A stretch of 64,000 bases of DNA. Source: an uncultured Pseudomonadales bacterium. Lineage in GTDB: Bacteria; Patescibacteriota; Microgenomatia; UBA1400; PJMF01. The stretch lies in contig CAZSJW010000004.1 in NCBI GenBank assembly GCA_964607285.1, positions 7,063 through 71,062 of the forward strand, read 5' to 3'. This document shows positions 9,261-20,367 of the stretch, one piece after another (positions within the stretch are counted from its first letter, which is position 1; each line of letters starts with the position of its first letter). A program made the translations under genes and the position numbers. The notes below the pieces were generated by a model. It saw only the letters and a list, made by a program, of their open reading frames with translations, searched no databases and had not been told where the DNA came from.

Positions 9261-9953
9261 CTATGAGTGAATATTGGTAAGCAAATCCATGAAACTTTCG
9301 ATACTTAAACTTGCGCCACCCACCAATGCTCCATCTGATACTAGTAAGTACTCGGCTATATTCTCAGCAGTTACACTGCCTCCATACAGTACAGGAATAT
9401 CTCCGAATGTTTGGCGAATAAGCTTTATCACCTGCTTCACAGCGTCCACAGGTGCATTGTTACCTGTGCCGATCGCAGAAAGGGGTTCATAGGCAACAAC
9501 GCATTTCTGTAGGAGATCGGGAGCGATTGCTGCAGCTTGCGCGGCCATATACTCACTATCAACACAAACAACAGGGGTGATGCCAGCATCGAGAGCCTGA
9601 GTAACCTTAGCAGCAACATCTGCATGCGTCTCATGGAAATAGCGTCTTCGTTCTGAATGACCAACTAGCGCGTAGCGCACAGGTAAGCCCGTTAGATTTG
9701 CTACACTGACTGCTCCTGTATAACTCCCTGCAGGAAATTGACTAATATCCTGAACTGCAAGAGAACAGTTTTTTATCCCAGCGATTCTGTCTGCTACTGT
9801 TGCTACCATTGAAAGCGGCGGGGCTATCACTGCTTCTATATTCTCTGAAAGTGGGTGAGTCTGGATCATTTCTTTGAAGTCATCTACCCAGTCAGTAGCC
9901 TGATCAATTGATTTATTTGATTTCCAGTTGGCAACAATTCTGATCTTGTGCAT
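9261..9953 (-). CDS. tpiA: Triosephosphate isomerase
   Basis: VANWKSN, AYEPLSAIGTG and YGGSV motifs. Confidence 0.9.
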   Translation of the reverse strand: MHKIRIVANWKSNKSIDQATDWVDDFKEMIQTHPLSENIEAVIAPPLSMVATVADRIAGIKNCSLAVQDISQFPAGSYTGAVSVANLTGLPVRYALVGHSERRRYFHETHADVAAKVTQALDAGITPVVCVDSEYMAAQAAAIAPDLLQKCVVAYEPLSAIGTGNNAPVDAVKQVIKLIRQTFGDIPVLYGGSVTAENIAEYLLVSDGALVGGASLSIESFMDLLTNIHS

Positions 9954-10054
9954 AGTACTGCCACTATACCATTTTTACTCAAGCTGCACAGAAGTGGTTT
10001 GACCTGTCATATCCTGACTTAGTAATACACACACTCTGTGATAAGATTGATGAC

Positions 10055-11986
10055 GTGTTTGATCTACTCGAAACCCTTAATCCAGAACAACAAACTGCAG
10101 TAATACACCCTAGTGGCCCAGCAATGGTCTTGGCGGGTGCAGGTTCTGGCAAGACAACGGTGCTAACTACACGAGTAGCTTGGTTACTTTCTGAAAAAAA
10201 AGTCCGCCCAGAAGCGATTATGGTAGTTACGTTTACCAATAAAGCAGCAGCTGAGATTCGCCAAAGAATTCTTACTTCTACAGGTCAATCGTTATCGCTT
10301 TCTGGGACATTTCACAGCCTTTGCGCCCGCATTTTACGCAGAGATGGTAGTCATATTGGTCTCATCCCAGATTTCGTTATATATGACACTGATGATCAAA
10401 CTGCACTGTTCAAGGAACTGTACAAACAGAACAATATCGATGTAAAAGAGTATCCAATTAAAATGGTCCAGAGCATTATTTCTGGCGCGAAAAACCAAAC
10501 TCTCACACCAACTGCCTTCGCAGATAAAGCTCAGGGTAGTAGGCAAGTTGAAATCGCTAGAATTTACAAACTGTATCAACACATGCTTCGCACCGCACAT
10601 GCCCTGGATTTCGATGATTTACTGCTCCGAACCTTGGAGCTCTTTGCAGAACATGAACCCACACTCCATCGCTATCAAAATTTGCTAGAACATGTACTTG
10701 TTGATGAGTACCAAGACACAAATACTGTGCAATACACCCTAACAAAACTACTCGCGAATCCCCATGACAATCTGTATGTAGTAGGAGATTTTAGTCAAAG
10801 CATTTACTCTTGGCGCGGTGCAGATTACCGCAACATGATGACACTAAAAATCGACTTTCCCAAACTTGTAGAGTACAGACTTGAACGTAACTATCGGTCC
10901 AAACAAAATATACTGGATGCAGCCACAAGTATAATTTCGCATAACACCTCACATCCCATTTTAGAACTCTGGACTGAACAGACTGGTGGTGAGCACATCA
11001 TCTCCTACGAAGCAGAAAGTGCAAGTGATGAAGCAGCGCAGGTCAGCAAATACATTCGGCAACTTCGAGGTGAGTACGACTATGATGACATGGTTATTTT
11101 GTACCGAACAAATGCGCAATCCCGAACATTTGAAGAGGCGTTTATCCGTTCATCAATTCCATATCGATTAGTTGGTGGGACTAAGTTCTATGAGCGAAAA
11201 GAAGTAAAGGATGTGCTCTCATATATCCGATACATGGTAAACAGAGCTGATATTGTCAGCTACCAGCGATTACTAAAACTAGGGAAGCGAAATTTCTCCA
11301 GTTTTTCTACCTGGATTGACACCGATGCGGGAAAGTTTGCACTTTCTGAGCAGCCAGCCGTACTCCTGCGTTCTGTTTTAGAACATACAAACTACTTAGA
11401 CAAATACAGCAAGCAAACTGAAGACAATTTACAACGCACTGCAAACGTATATGAGCTGGTAAACGTTGCTGCACAGTTTGAGACCGTAACGCAGTTTCTC
11501 GAAAACGTAGCACTCATTCAAAATGACACCTTTAGCGATGTCCAAAACTCGTCCGATATGCAACATGCTGTGACTCTGATGAGCATCCATGCCGCCAAAG
11601 GACTCGAGTTTTCCGTGGTTTTCTTGGTGGGCTTAGAGGAAGGATTGTTTCCACACACAAGGTCATTTCTCGATAAGGATCAGATGGAAGAAGAGCGAAG
11701 ACTTTGTTACGTAGCGATCACTCGAGCCAAAGATCGTTTGTACCTCACACATGCACGCAGTCGTTTACAGTATGGGATGAGTACAAATAGTTTGCAGAGC
11801 AGATTTGTCGCAGACATCCCAGAAGAACTACTCACTAAAGAGCCCAGTGGACTAAGCAGGTGGAGTAGTGATTCAAGAAAAAGTTCCGCCAGTTCTTCAG
11901 GCCGCAGATATGTCCCTATTGATGATGGGATGCTAGAGGGTGTCCTGAGCGGGGAGTTTGATATCGATGCCTTTATAGATAGTTAA
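10055..11986 (+). CDS. uvrD: UvrD/PcrA-family ATP-dependent DNA helicase (GTG start)
   Basis: Motif I AGAGSGKTTVLT and VDEYQDTN; full set of SF1 helicase motifs plus the UvrD C-terminal region. Confidence 0.85.
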   Translation: MFDLLETLNPEQQTAVIHPSGPAMVLAGAGSGKTTVLTTRVAWLLSEKKVRPEAIMVVTFTNKAAAEIRQRILTSTGQSLSLSGTFHSLCARILRRDGSHIGLIPDFVIYDTDDQTALFKELYKQNNIDVKEYPIKMVQSIISGAKNQTLTPTAFADKAQGSRQVEIARIYKLYQHMLRTAHALDFDDLLLRTLELFAEHEPTLHRYQNLLEHVLVDEYQDTNTVQYTLTKLLANPHDNLYVVGDFSQSIYSWRGADYRNMMTLKIDFPKLVEYRLERNYRSKQNILDAATSIISHNTSHPILELWTEQTGGEHIISYEAESASDEAAQVSKYIRQLRGEYDYDDMVILYRTNAQSRTFEEAFIRSSIPYRLVGGTKFYERKEVKDVLSYIRYMVNRADIVSYQRLLKLGKRNFSSFSTWIDTDAGKFALSEQPAVLLRSVLEHTNYLDKYSKQTEDNLQRTANVYELVNVAAQFETVTQFLENVALIQNDTFSDVQNSSDMQHAVTLMSIHAAKGLEFSVVFLVGLEEGLFPHTRSFLDKDQMEEERRLCYVAITRAKDRLYLTHARSRLQYGMSTNSLQSRFVADIPEELLTKEPSGLSRWSSDSRKSSASSSGRRYVPIDDGMLEGVLSGEFDIDAFIDS

Positions 11987-12046
11987 AAAATCATTCTAAA
12001 CTTTTCACTCTAGAGCTTCTAGGCCAAAATCGCGTATAATGAGTGT

Positions 12047-13078
12047 ATGCTATACCGTCAACTTCGAGAAGATGAACAACAACTGTACAACTCTGTGGTG
12101 CACCATCCCTTGCAATCCTGGGAGTGGGGAGAGTTTCGCAGACAAACAGGTTTGAACGTGGAGAGAATTGGCCTGTTTGATAATAAAAAACTAGTCAGTG
12201 CACTGCAAATCACCTTTCACCCAGTTCCACTCTTAGGCAGAAATGTTGGATACTTGCCAAAAGGTCCAATGCCTGATGAAGATCAGCTCTCAATTCTCAC
12301 ACAGCTTGGTAAAAAACACTCCGCACTTTTTATCAAACTCGAACCCAACATCGCCCAAAAAGTTGATGCTCCATCTGGGCATAAGCAAATTCATGAGTTT
12401 ATGATAAAAAATGGGGCTGTTCCAGGTAAACCACTATTTACCAAGTACACGTTTCAACTCAATCTCAACCAATCTGAAGAGAAACTTTTTGAGAATTTAA
12501 GCAGTAAAACTAGATACAACGTCAATCTCGCCTACAAAAAAGGGGTGAAGATATTTGAAAACACATCTGAAGCTGGTCTTGAAGAGTACTTGGCCATCTT
12601 AAAAGAAACAACAAAACGACAAGGCTTTTATGCCCATGAACCTGAATACTTTCGTAAGCTTTGGACAACTCTTGGCTCAAGTGGAATGATGCGCATTTTC
12701 ACCGCTGTACACGAAGACAAAGTTCTAGTTTCTTGGATCATGTTTATCTTTAATGGTGTGTTGTACTACCCATACGGAGCATCAAGAAGTGAGTCTCGTG
12801 ATGTTATGGCCAGCAACTTGCTGATGTGGGAAATGATCAAGTTTGGTAAGGAGCAAGGGTGTACTTTGTTTGATATGTGGGGTTCACTCGGACCAGAACC
12901 AAATGAGAAAGATCCGTGGTATGGATTTCACCGCTTTAAAAAAGGCTATGGTGGAGACCTCTTAGAGTTTCTAGGCACGTATGACCTAGTCATTGATCCT
13001 CCAATGTACAAAATTTTCAATATCGGCGAAAGTCTCAGGTGGAAGTGGTTGCGATTTAGAATGAAGCTACCATTTTAA
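12047..13078 (+). CDS. FemAB-family peptidyltransferase (peptidoglycan interpeptide bridge formation)
   Basis: FemAB-like N-terminal SWEWGEF..YLPKGP pattern and length; TATAAT 10 nt upstream. Confidence 0.6.
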   Translation: MLYRQLREDEQQLYNSVVHHPLQSWEWGEFRRQTGLNVERIGLFDNKKLVSALQITFHPVPLLGRNVGYLPKGPMPDEDQLSILTQLGKKHSALFIKLEPNIAQKVDAPSGHKQIHEFMIKNGAVPGKPLFTKYTFQLNLNQSEEKLFENLSSKTRYNVNLAYKKGVKIFENTSEAGLEEYLAILKETTKRQGFYAHEPEYFRKLWTTLGSSGMMRIFTAVHEDKVLVSWIMFIFNGVLYYPYGASRSESRDVMASNLLMWEMIKFGKEQGCTLFDMWGSLGPEPNEKDPWYGFHRFKKGYGGDLLEFLGTYDLVIDPPMYKIFNIGESLRWKWLRFRMKLPF

Positions 13079-13484
13079 TCTAAAGCAACTTCCCTATAAC
13101 TACTTTTTGCAGCATGAGCGCGTATTGACTGCTGCATTTTTTATTGAGTCTTTTGTATCTCAAAGTTACTCCTATTTCAGCTACTATCAAAACAGTTGCA
13201 CATATAATAAACGAAAGTAGAAATGCAAAAGCTTCAGCTTCTACAGCAGATAGATCCCAAAAGGTAGTCATACCATTTGCCAATTTTGAAGTCCAACATC
13301 TAAGGGGTTTCTAGTGTGTTGATCATTTTCAGCTTTCATGCAATTAAGATCGTAAAAAAATAAGTGAAAACCGTGTAAAATATCAGTAAGAAAAACTGTT
13401 TGCAAATTTTACAGATATCCGATTGTCATAACTCATCAGACTCAGTATGATACACACTAGTTACGTTTTATCCTGAAAGGCTCT

Positions 13485-14225
13485 ATGTCCAAACTCCGCT
13501 TCAAACGAATCCTACTTAAGGTTGGTGGGGAGTCACTAATTGGTGATCGCCCCTATGGTATCGACCCAGAAGCAGCACTTGGTGTTGCCAATCAAATCAA
13601 AGAACTATACGCCGAAAACGTACAAATCGCCATTGTTATTGGTGGGGGAAATATCTTCCGCGGCATATCAGGTTCAAAGCACGGTATAGACAGAGCAACT
13701 GCAGATTACATGGGTATGCTTGCTACTGTCATGAACGGCTTAGCACTGCAAGATGCGCTTGAAAAAGCAGGTATTCCTACTCGCATGCAGTCTGCGCTGC
13801 AGATGCCTGCTGTAGCAGAGAACTTCATTCGCCGCCGTGCTATGCGTCATATGGAGAAGGGTAGAGTGGTGATTTTGGCTGCAGGCACTGGAGTACCATA
13901 TGTGACAACAGACACTGGGGCATCATTGCATGCACTGGAACTACACTGTGATGTACTCATGAAAGCTACCAAGGTGGACGGTGTGTATGATAAAGATCCG
14001 ATGAAGTTCAAAGATGCTAAACGCTTCAAAACCCTCAACTTTAAAGACGCAATTGAAATGGATGGTGTAGAAGTAATGGACACAGCCGCTCTAGCAATGT
14101 CAAAAGAAAATAATATGCCTGTTATGGTTTTTGAACTTTTCAAAGAACAGAATTTGCTCAAAGCAGTCATGGGTGAGGATATTGGTACGTTTGTCAGCAA
14201 TGATGTAAAGACCGAGTTTGCGTGA
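13485..14225 (+). CDS. pyrH: UMP kinase
   Basis: ILLKVGGESL and GGGNIFRG motifs. Confidence 0.9.
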   Translation: MSKLRFKRILLKVGGESLIGDRPYGIDPEAALGVANQIKELYAENVQIAIVIGGGNIFRGISGSKHGIDRATADYMGMLATVMNGLALQDALEKAGIPTRMQSALQMPAVAENFIRRRAMRHMEKGRVVILAAGTGVPYVTTDTGASLHALELHCDVLMKATKVDGVYDKDPMKFKDAKRFKTLNFKDAIEMDGVEVMDTAALAMSKENNMPVMVFELFKEQNLLKAVMGEDIGTFVSNDVKTEFA

Positions 14226-14262
14226 TATAGTTACAATACCAATACAGTGATAGTGAAAAATC

Positions 14263-14619
14263 ATGCTTGAACAAGAATCAGTACATCAAAATGTGTATGA
14301 AAGACATATAAAGAGGATGGTCGGCGCATTTTATCCTGACGTTTACAAATTGTATAAAAAAGTTTTTTTGGTTCGTGCTGAAAATGTAAAAAGAAACATT
14401 CCCGTTGAAGTAGATAATATGGATAGTGCTGAGATGCTGGCTAGACTTGCAGTGCTTGATGTTCAAACCACAATACAAGCAGACTGTGCGGCCATTGAAT
14501 TACCATCCGCTCATGCTGGAAGAGAATACACGATTCTTACAGCAAGGATGCACCTAATGCATGCCCGAGAAAAAATTATTAAAACCATTGATATTGGTAG
14601 CTGGAGTATCAATTTTTAA
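14263..14619 (+). CDS. Hypothetical protein (not ribosome recycling factor, despite sitting in the pyrH-downstream position)
   Basis: Clean ORF in the pyrH-gapA gap; no recognisable motif. Confidence 0.4.
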   Translation: MLEQESVHQNVYERHIKRMVGAFYPDVYKLYKKVFLVRAENVKRNIPVEVDNMDSAEMLARLAVLDVQTTIQADCAAIELPSAHAGREYTILTARMHLMHAREKIIKTIDIGSWSINF

Positions 14620-14647
14620 TTAAGCCAGGAGCTAGAAACACACAACT

Positions 14648-15688
14648 ATGCACACATTCGGCATCAACGGCTTCGGCCGCATTGGACGTACAAGTTTCAG
14701 AGTGTGGTGGTTGTATCACCATGAGGCAATGGATCTCAAGGTCATTAATACTTCTGGTTCTATGGAAATTGCGGACTGGGCACACTTGCTCAAGTATGAT
14801 AGTAACTACGGCCCATTCACTGAAACAATAACTGTAACTCAGCAACAGTCCACCAAAGATGTTACGGATAGTAACCCTGTGCTAGGTACACTACAAATCG
14901 GGGACCGCACTATTATTGTCACGGCTCAACGCGACCCTGCAAAAATCCCTTGGGGAACACACGGGGTCCAAACAGTCATAGAAAGTACTGGCGCATTCAC
15001 AAGTCAAGAAAAAGCCCGTCTGCACCTGCAAGGAGGAGCACAAACCGTTGTTATCTCCGCACCTGCAAAAGGTGGTAGCGTAAGCTCAAGTGTGATTGGT
15101 GTCAATAACTTTGATGCCAGTAACCCAATTCGCTCCAACGCATCTTGTACAACAAACTGCATCGCGCCGGTGGCCCAAATAATGGTACAGCAATTTGACG
15201 TACAGAACGCTATGTTGAACACAATCCACTCGTACACAGATGACCAAAATTTACATGATAACTCACACAAAGATATGCGGCGCGCCCGTGCTGCAGGCCT
15301 GAACATTGTGCCCACCTCCACAGGAGCGGCAATAGCTGTGGGTGAAGTCATCCCCGAGCTCAAAGGTATTTTTGATGGTTTAGCAGTGCGCGTTCCCACA
15401 GCAACGGGTTCATTGTCTGACATGGTATTTGTAGTCAAACGACCAACGACAGTTGCAGAAGTCAATCAAGTGTTGACTAACGCTTCCCAAGAAGACCGTT
15501 GGCGTGGCATCCTGGCTGTGACTAACGAACCTCTTGTCTCTTCAGACATCAAAGGTCGGCGGGAATCTTCTATCGTTGATCTCTCACTTACGATGGTGCT
15601 CGGTGGCACTATGGTAAAAGTTGTCAGCTGGTATGACAACGAGTGGGGGTACTGCAATCGACTGATTGAGCAAGTACTGCCAAGATGA
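14648..15688 (+). CDS. gap: Glyceraldehyde-3-phosphate dehydrogenase
   Basis: GINGFGRIGR and active-site SNASCTTNC; AGGAG RBS upstream. Confidence 0.9.
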   Translation: MHTFGINGFGRIGRTSFRVWWLYHHEAMDLKVINTSGSMEIADWAHLLKYDSNYGPFTETITVTQQQSTKDVTDSNPVLGTLQIGDRTIIVTAQRDPAKIPWGTHGVQTVIESTGAFTSQEKARLHLQGGAQTVVISAPAKGGSVSSSVIGVNNFDASNPIRSNASCTTNCIAPVAQIMVQQFDVQNAMLNTIHSYTDDQNLHDNSHKDMRRARAAGLNIVPTSTGAAIAVGEVIPELKGIFDGLAVRVPTATGSLSDMVFVVKRPTTVAEVNQVLTNASQEDRWRGILAVTNEPLVSSDIKGRRESSIVDLSLTMVLGGTMVKVVSWYDNEWGYCNRLIEQVLPR

Positions 15689-16556
15689 ATGCAGCATTGA
15701 AATCATCTCACAAAAATCTTTTTTAGCTTTTTTACTTGTTGTATTTTTTTTGACAGCAATCTTCTTTTGTTGGCAATCTCTTTGGTTACTGGCTCAACTT
15801 CAGTCTATGCAGCTGCAAGGTACTGTTTATTCAGATGAAATCCAAAACTGCCAAACAAATATCAATTGCAACCCCATCACGGTTCCTGAGAAAAAAGCAG
15901 AGTCACACTATAAAATTATAGACGGTATAACATACATGGTTGGACCTAGCAATCAGTATACAAATACTAACTATATAAGTTTTGGAACGATACATAAATC
16001 TGGTACTTTTCAAGAATACACCCCAATTAACTTTGAAGCATATTTAGATACATCTATTCAAGATTTTTGGTTTGATGATGAGAGTCAGAGTCTAATTTTA
16101 CTCCAAAGCCCAGGCAAGGGGGATGGTGCAGCTGTAGAAATTTTTTCTAAAGTATCTGGCTCTACACAAAAACGCAGTTACCCACTTGATTACTCAATCC
16201 TCTTTGCGAATCAAGTGCTAGAGATATATGCACGATCACGAATCATTGACTATGATCCTGAATCACAACAGTTACTTGTGCTGACAATGGTAGGGGATGC
16301 ATGCGCTGGTTGGGGTAGCGTATGGAAAGTACTCCCATCTACGGCTACCAAAGTCAATATTTCCCAAGTTAGTTCGGGCTGTCATGACACAAACCCGCGC
16401 TTTGCTGGATACCTGAACGGAAAACTGTACATTATAAACGCTGACTCTGAGTTCATTGAACCTGGTGAGTATTACACCCGAGACACAGTCCATGAATTTT
16501 TTACCATTGATCCTAAAACACTAGTTCGCGAAACTGTTTCAGTAGATCTAGCATAG
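15666..16556 (+). CDS. Hypothetical membrane-anchored or secreted protein (TTG start; start uncertain)
   Basis: N-terminal TM helix FLAFLLVVFFLTAIFF followed by a soluble domain; overlaps the gap 3' end. Confidence 0.4.
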   Translation: MSKYCQDECSIEIISQKSFLAFLLVVFFLTAIFFCWQSLWLLAQLQSMQLQGTVYSDEIQNCQTNINCNPITVPEKKAESHYKIIDGITYMVGPSNQYTNTNYISFGTIHKSGTFQEYTPINFEAYLDTSIQDFWFDDESQSLILLQSPGKGDGAAVEIFSKVSGSTQKRSYPLDYSILFANQVLEIYARSRIIDYDPESQQLLVLTMVGDACAGWGSVWKVLPSTATKVNISQVSSGCHDTNPRFAGYLNGKLYIINADSEFIEPGEYYTRDTVHEFFTIDPKTLVRETVSVDLA

Positions 16557-16806
16557 TTCAACGGATTGACTGCAGTTTGGCCGTTACAGACGAAACTGCA
16601 ACATGCAGTAATCACCGATTTACAATCTACAGAACTTTTGTTCGCTAGATACTCAAAAGCCGAAGCTGAATACTATGGATATGATAGCTACTCTGCGACC
16701 TTACGGAAGTTGCAGTAACTCTTCTTTTTGAACCGCAGAGAAAGATGTGCTACGTCTCTGCCAAAACAGCACGCTTCTTGTAAGCTTCCTGCCATACACT
16801 ACAAGT

Positions 16807-18312
16807 ATGGCAGTCACCATCTCTACAATCGGCTACACGGGGTGGCAAACACACAAAGTACTGCTCACGGGGGAGAGCACTAGAGGAAAGCCAGGACTTC
16901 AATTGATCGGTTTCCCAAGCCAAGTCTCTACCCAGCTCAAATCCCTCATTCCTACCGCATGCAAAGTCCAAGGCATTTCCTTACCTGCGCGCAAAATTGC
17001 AATTACTATCCAGCCATCTATTTCTAAAGTAGCTCATTTGTACTCCCTCAGCTTTCCCGTTGCTGTGCTGCTCCTTGCATTAGCAAACCATATCCCAATA
17101 CCTAGTTGTAATCGGGTGTTTGTGGGAGAAGTTACACTGGATGGATCGCTGACTGCCCCAATGCCCCTGGAATCATACCTAGCAGCAGCACGAGCACTTG
17201 GGTGCACAGATCTCACCATTCCTCAGGCAGTACTTAGTTCATTGTTCTCATATCTAAGTACAAATCTGAAAATCTCCTGCCCAACTACCTTGTTAGACTT
17301 CTGCACGCATGAGCGCCTCAATCAGTCACATCCACTGCTAAACATAGCACCCACTATCCTACCGAAGCGAATCGCCGAACCTGGTTTTGAGTCAATTCGC
17401 GGTAGGTGGCAAGTAAAGCGAGCACTGACCCTAGCTGTTGCAGGTAGACATCACACGCTGTTGGTTGGACCACCAGGAGTGGGAAAAACACAGATTGCGC
17501 TAGTTGCACAAACCTTACAACCAGATCTCACACCTCCTGAACAAGTCACCAACTCAACCCTTTCTGCACTAGCAGGAGAGCCAAAAGCTGCAAGTGTCCA
17601 ATCACCTTTCCGTACGCCTACTCACCGATCTAGTCTAACCCAACTGCTTGGCAGTGGGATTACTGCCACACCAGGAGAGATAAGCCTAGCAAATGCAGGT
17701 ATTCTGTTTTTGGATGAGTTATCTGAGTTCTCGAACTCTGTCTTAGCAGGACTTAGGCAACCAATGGAAACTGGCACAGTTCCTGTGCTATCAAACTCAA
17801 CATACCCCGCAAGTGCCACTATCATTGCGGTCACTAACCCTTGTCGCTGCAATCAAAAGCAACAAGACAAAGACGTTTGCTCATGTGACAAGTCCAACCT
17901 AGCTTATCGAAGAAAACTTGGTGGCGCATTACTGGATCGTTTTGGGTTGCACTGCATACTTACGCCAAACAAAGCTACCGAGTTGATCACTTTCCCACCT
18001 GATAAATATAGTACCACTGACCTACAATCACACATCCTATCTGCACGACAAAGACAGCACGAACGCTACCATTCGCTCCCCTGGCAAACAAATGGTTGGG
18101 CATCAGCACACTACTTGCTTGATCACTGCCTGAAAAATTCAGAAACCAAAGAGTACTACATGCTTGTCACCAAAAAACATAGCGGTTCTGTGCGCTGGCA
18201 CAGACACTTATTGTCTATAGCTAGGACCATTGCTGATCTGGAATCAAACCCTATCGTACTTCCTGACCATATTGCTGAAGCACTGCAGTACCGTCCTGAG
18301 CTAGAATACTAG
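16807..18312 (+). CDS. comM: Mg-chelatase-like AAA+ protein ComM/YifB
   Basis: Lon-like N-domain, Walker A LVGPPGVGKTQ, ILFLDELSEF, and the LDRFGLH C-terminal region. Confidence 0.75.
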   Translation: MAVTISTIGYTGWQTHKVLLTGESTRGKPGLQLIGFPSQVSTQLKSLIPTACKVQGISLPARKIAITIQPSISKVAHLYSLSFPVAVLLLALANHIPIPSCNRVFVGEVTLDGSLTAPMPLESYLAAARALGCTDLTIPQAVLSSLFSYLSTNLKISCPTTLLDFCTHERLNQSHPLLNIAPTILPKRIAEPGFESIRGRWQVKRALTLAVAGRHHTLLVGPPGVGKTQIALVAQTLQPDLTPPEQVTNSTLSALAGEPKAASVQSPFRTPTHRSSLTQLLGSGITATPGEISLANAGILFLDELSEFSNSVLAGLRQPMETGTVPVLSNSTYPASATIIAVTNPCRCNQKQQDKDVCSCDKSNLAYRRKLGGALLDRFGLHCILTPNKATELITFPPDKYSTTDLQSHILSARQRQHERYHSLPWQTNGWASAHYLLDHCLKNSETKEYYMLVTKKHSGSVRWHRHLLSIARTIADLESNPIVLPDHIAEALQYRPELEY

Positions 18313-18313
18313 T

Positions 18314-18862
18314 ATGACTTCTCACCACATGTGGATTGTTGGAATTGTTGCCGTGAGTTTGTTGTTGCTACCTTGGTGGGCAGCAAATAAGTCAAAGCAG
18401 CAACTACATAGTCCCTTGGCATCACTATCGCCGAGCAGTGCTCCCTCACCAACAGGCATCTCTGGGTTTACCAATGATGCACTCTACCTGCTCATCAATG
18501 CATACCGCTTAGAAAACAAGCTCTCACCACTACACATCAACCCTGAACTCGAACAAAGCGCACAGTACAAACTTCAGGACATGGTCACTAATAAATACTA
18601 TCGTCATACAGATCGTGCCGACACACTACCCTGGCCGTTTTTCTTACAAGCCAACTACCAATACCAGCGAGCGGGAGAAAATCTTTCATTTGCCATCAAT
18701 ACACCGTGGCAAGTACAAGAGGCTTGGATGCAAAGCCCCAGTCATAATAGACAATTGTTAGAAAAAGAATATCAAGATATGGGACTTGCACACGATTGTA
18801 AAACGTTCAAAGAGTATCCAGACGGCGGCTGCATCGTAGTGCTACATTTGGGTAGAGAGTAG
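18314..18862 (+). CDS. Secreted or TM-anchored CAP (SCP/PR-1-like) domain protein
   Basis: N-terminal TM/signal and CAP signatures (YRHTD, GENLSF, WMQSPSHNRQLL). Confidence 0.6.
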   Translation: MTSHHMWIVGIVAVSLLLLPWWAANKSKQQLHSPLASLSPSSAPSPTGISGFTNDALYLLINAYRLENKLSPLHINPELEQSAQYKLQDMVTNKYYRHTDRADTLPWPFFLQANYQYQRAGENLSFAINTPWQVQEAWMQSPSHNRQLLEKEYQDMGLAHDCKTFKEYPDGGCIVVLHLGRE

Positions 18863-19630
18863 CACAGCACCACCCAACAACACACAGTACCACCCAAATA
18901 TATCTAAGTGACCTTTACGAATAATCAATGCAAAAAGTGAAAGACTAGCAAAGCCTACCAAACCAGCGGTCAAGCCGCCAGCTGCTAACACAGATGGAGG
19001 AAATGATCCTAACCCAGCGGTATATAACTCATACCCTTGCAAAAGTGATGCACCAAAAATTGCTGGTAAACCAAGTAAAAACGAAAAACGAAACGCTTCA
19101 ATGCGTGACATTCCAACAAATGATCCACCTGCTACTGTGCTCCCCGAGCGAGAAACACCAGGTAAAATGGCGATTGATTGCAACACGCCAATTCCTAGAG
19201 CATGCACATAAGAAACATCTTTGGGCAAAAAATGATCGCCTTGCTCTGAGTGAGCTCCCGACTGCTTCTTGAACCGAGCATGTGCCATAAAATTGAGCAC
19301 ACCCGTCACAATGAGCGCACCCCCCACAAAGGCAGTAGAAAGTAGTAGTTGTTCAACAGTGTCCTTAAACAACAGACCCACAATAACAGCTGGTACTGTA
19401 CCAACTGCCAAAACCATGTAATCCTTGACCCGCAATCGAAAAATATCACGAATGAAAAACAATACCACTGCCAAAAATGTAAAGAAGTGTAGAAAAACAT
19501 CAAAAGTCAATAAATTTTCTGTGAGCCCAAACCACTGCTGTACTAAACTCAAGTGACCGTCACTAGAAATCGGCAAAAACTCCGACACACCCTGCACAGC
19601 CCCAAGAATAATCGCTTGTGGAATTGTCAT
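18842..19630 (-). CDS. uppP: Undecaprenyl-diphosphatase
   Basis: SEFLPISSDGHL and GVSRSGSTVAGG motifs. Confidence 0.85.
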   Translation of the reverse strand: MTIPQAIILGAVQGVSEFLPISSDGHLSLVQQWFGLTENLLTFDVFLHFFTFLAVVLFFIRDIFRLRVKDYMVLAVGTVPAVIVGLLFKDTVEQLLLSTAFVGGALIVTGVLNFMAHARFKKQSGAHSEQGDHFLPKDVSYVHALGIGVLQSIAILPGVSRSGSTVAGGSFVGMSRIEAFRFSFLLGLPAIFGASLLQGYELYTAGLGSFPPSVLAAGGLTAGLVGFASLSLFALIIRKGHLDIFGWYCVLLGGAVLLSTQM

Positions 19631-19642
19631 GCAGTACCTACT

Positions 19643-20326
19643 TTACTTGATTTCTGTATCAATCCGTTTGTACCAATCAAGCAACATTTTCCGCACAACG
19701 TCCTGACCACCCAGACCCAGTGCTAATCCAACACCTAGCGCAGTGCTCCCCACAAAACCGATAAATAAAATCAAGATAAACTCACGAGCAATACCTAGCT
19801 CTGAGAGAGAGGCTAAAATGGCTACAGTAATTACTCCATAACTGGTAGCTTTGCCAAATGCCCGAGATAAACGGACACTAACTGATCGCATCATAGCTTT
19901 TGCTACATTCTCTAAAATTCCAGCAAAAAAGACACCAATAAGGAGCACAACTCCAGCACTTAACAAATGAGGCAGAATTGTGAGCACTTGTTCTAGCAAC
20001 AGGGCAATTGGCGTGAGCCCTAACATAGAAGCAACGGTCTCAAAAACTACTAGCATAATCAGCCAATAGCAAATAAGCGCAACTCCCTTCTCAAGTTGTT
20101 GCTCACGATTCGACTCTTTGACAAAGTGTTCTAATGGGGTTTTCTCAAACGCTTGAGCTAAATGTAGCTTACTTAGCACACGCAGAATCAGCTGTTTCAA
20201 TGCTCCAGCGACAATCATGCCACCAAATAACACAATGGCCGCCCCAGTTATTCGAGGAAGTGCTGCTAAAAATGCTGCAGCACTATATTCAAATACACGA
20301 AGTAACGGAGAATAGGAATCTTGCAT
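19643..20326 (-). CDS. Integral membrane protein (TM-helix repeat type); start trimmed to the Met preceded by AAGGAG
   Basis: The ORF-track N-terminus overlaps the RNase P RNA; the internal ATG at 20326 has a GCAAGGAGTTA RBS; 5-6 TM segments. Confidence 0.5.
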   Translation of the reverse strand: MQDSYSPLLRVFEYSAAAFLAALPRITGAAIVLFGGMIVAGALKQLILRVLSKLHLAQAFEKTPLEHFVKESNREQQLEKGVALICYWLIMLVVFETVASMLGLTPIALLLEQVLTILPHLLSAGVVLLIGVFFAGILENVAKAMMRSVSVRLSRAFGKATSYGVITVAILASLSELGIAREFILILFIGFVGSTALGVGLALGLGGQDVVRKMLLDWYKRIDTEIK

Positions 20327-20367
20327 GTAACTCCTTGCACAAATGCCAAGTATTCTTGGCTTACCAG

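Noticed and set aside
14263-14619. Gene after pyrH expected to be frr (ribosome recycling factor)
   Set aside because: The sequence lacks any RRF signature and is too short (118 aa). Called hypothetical.
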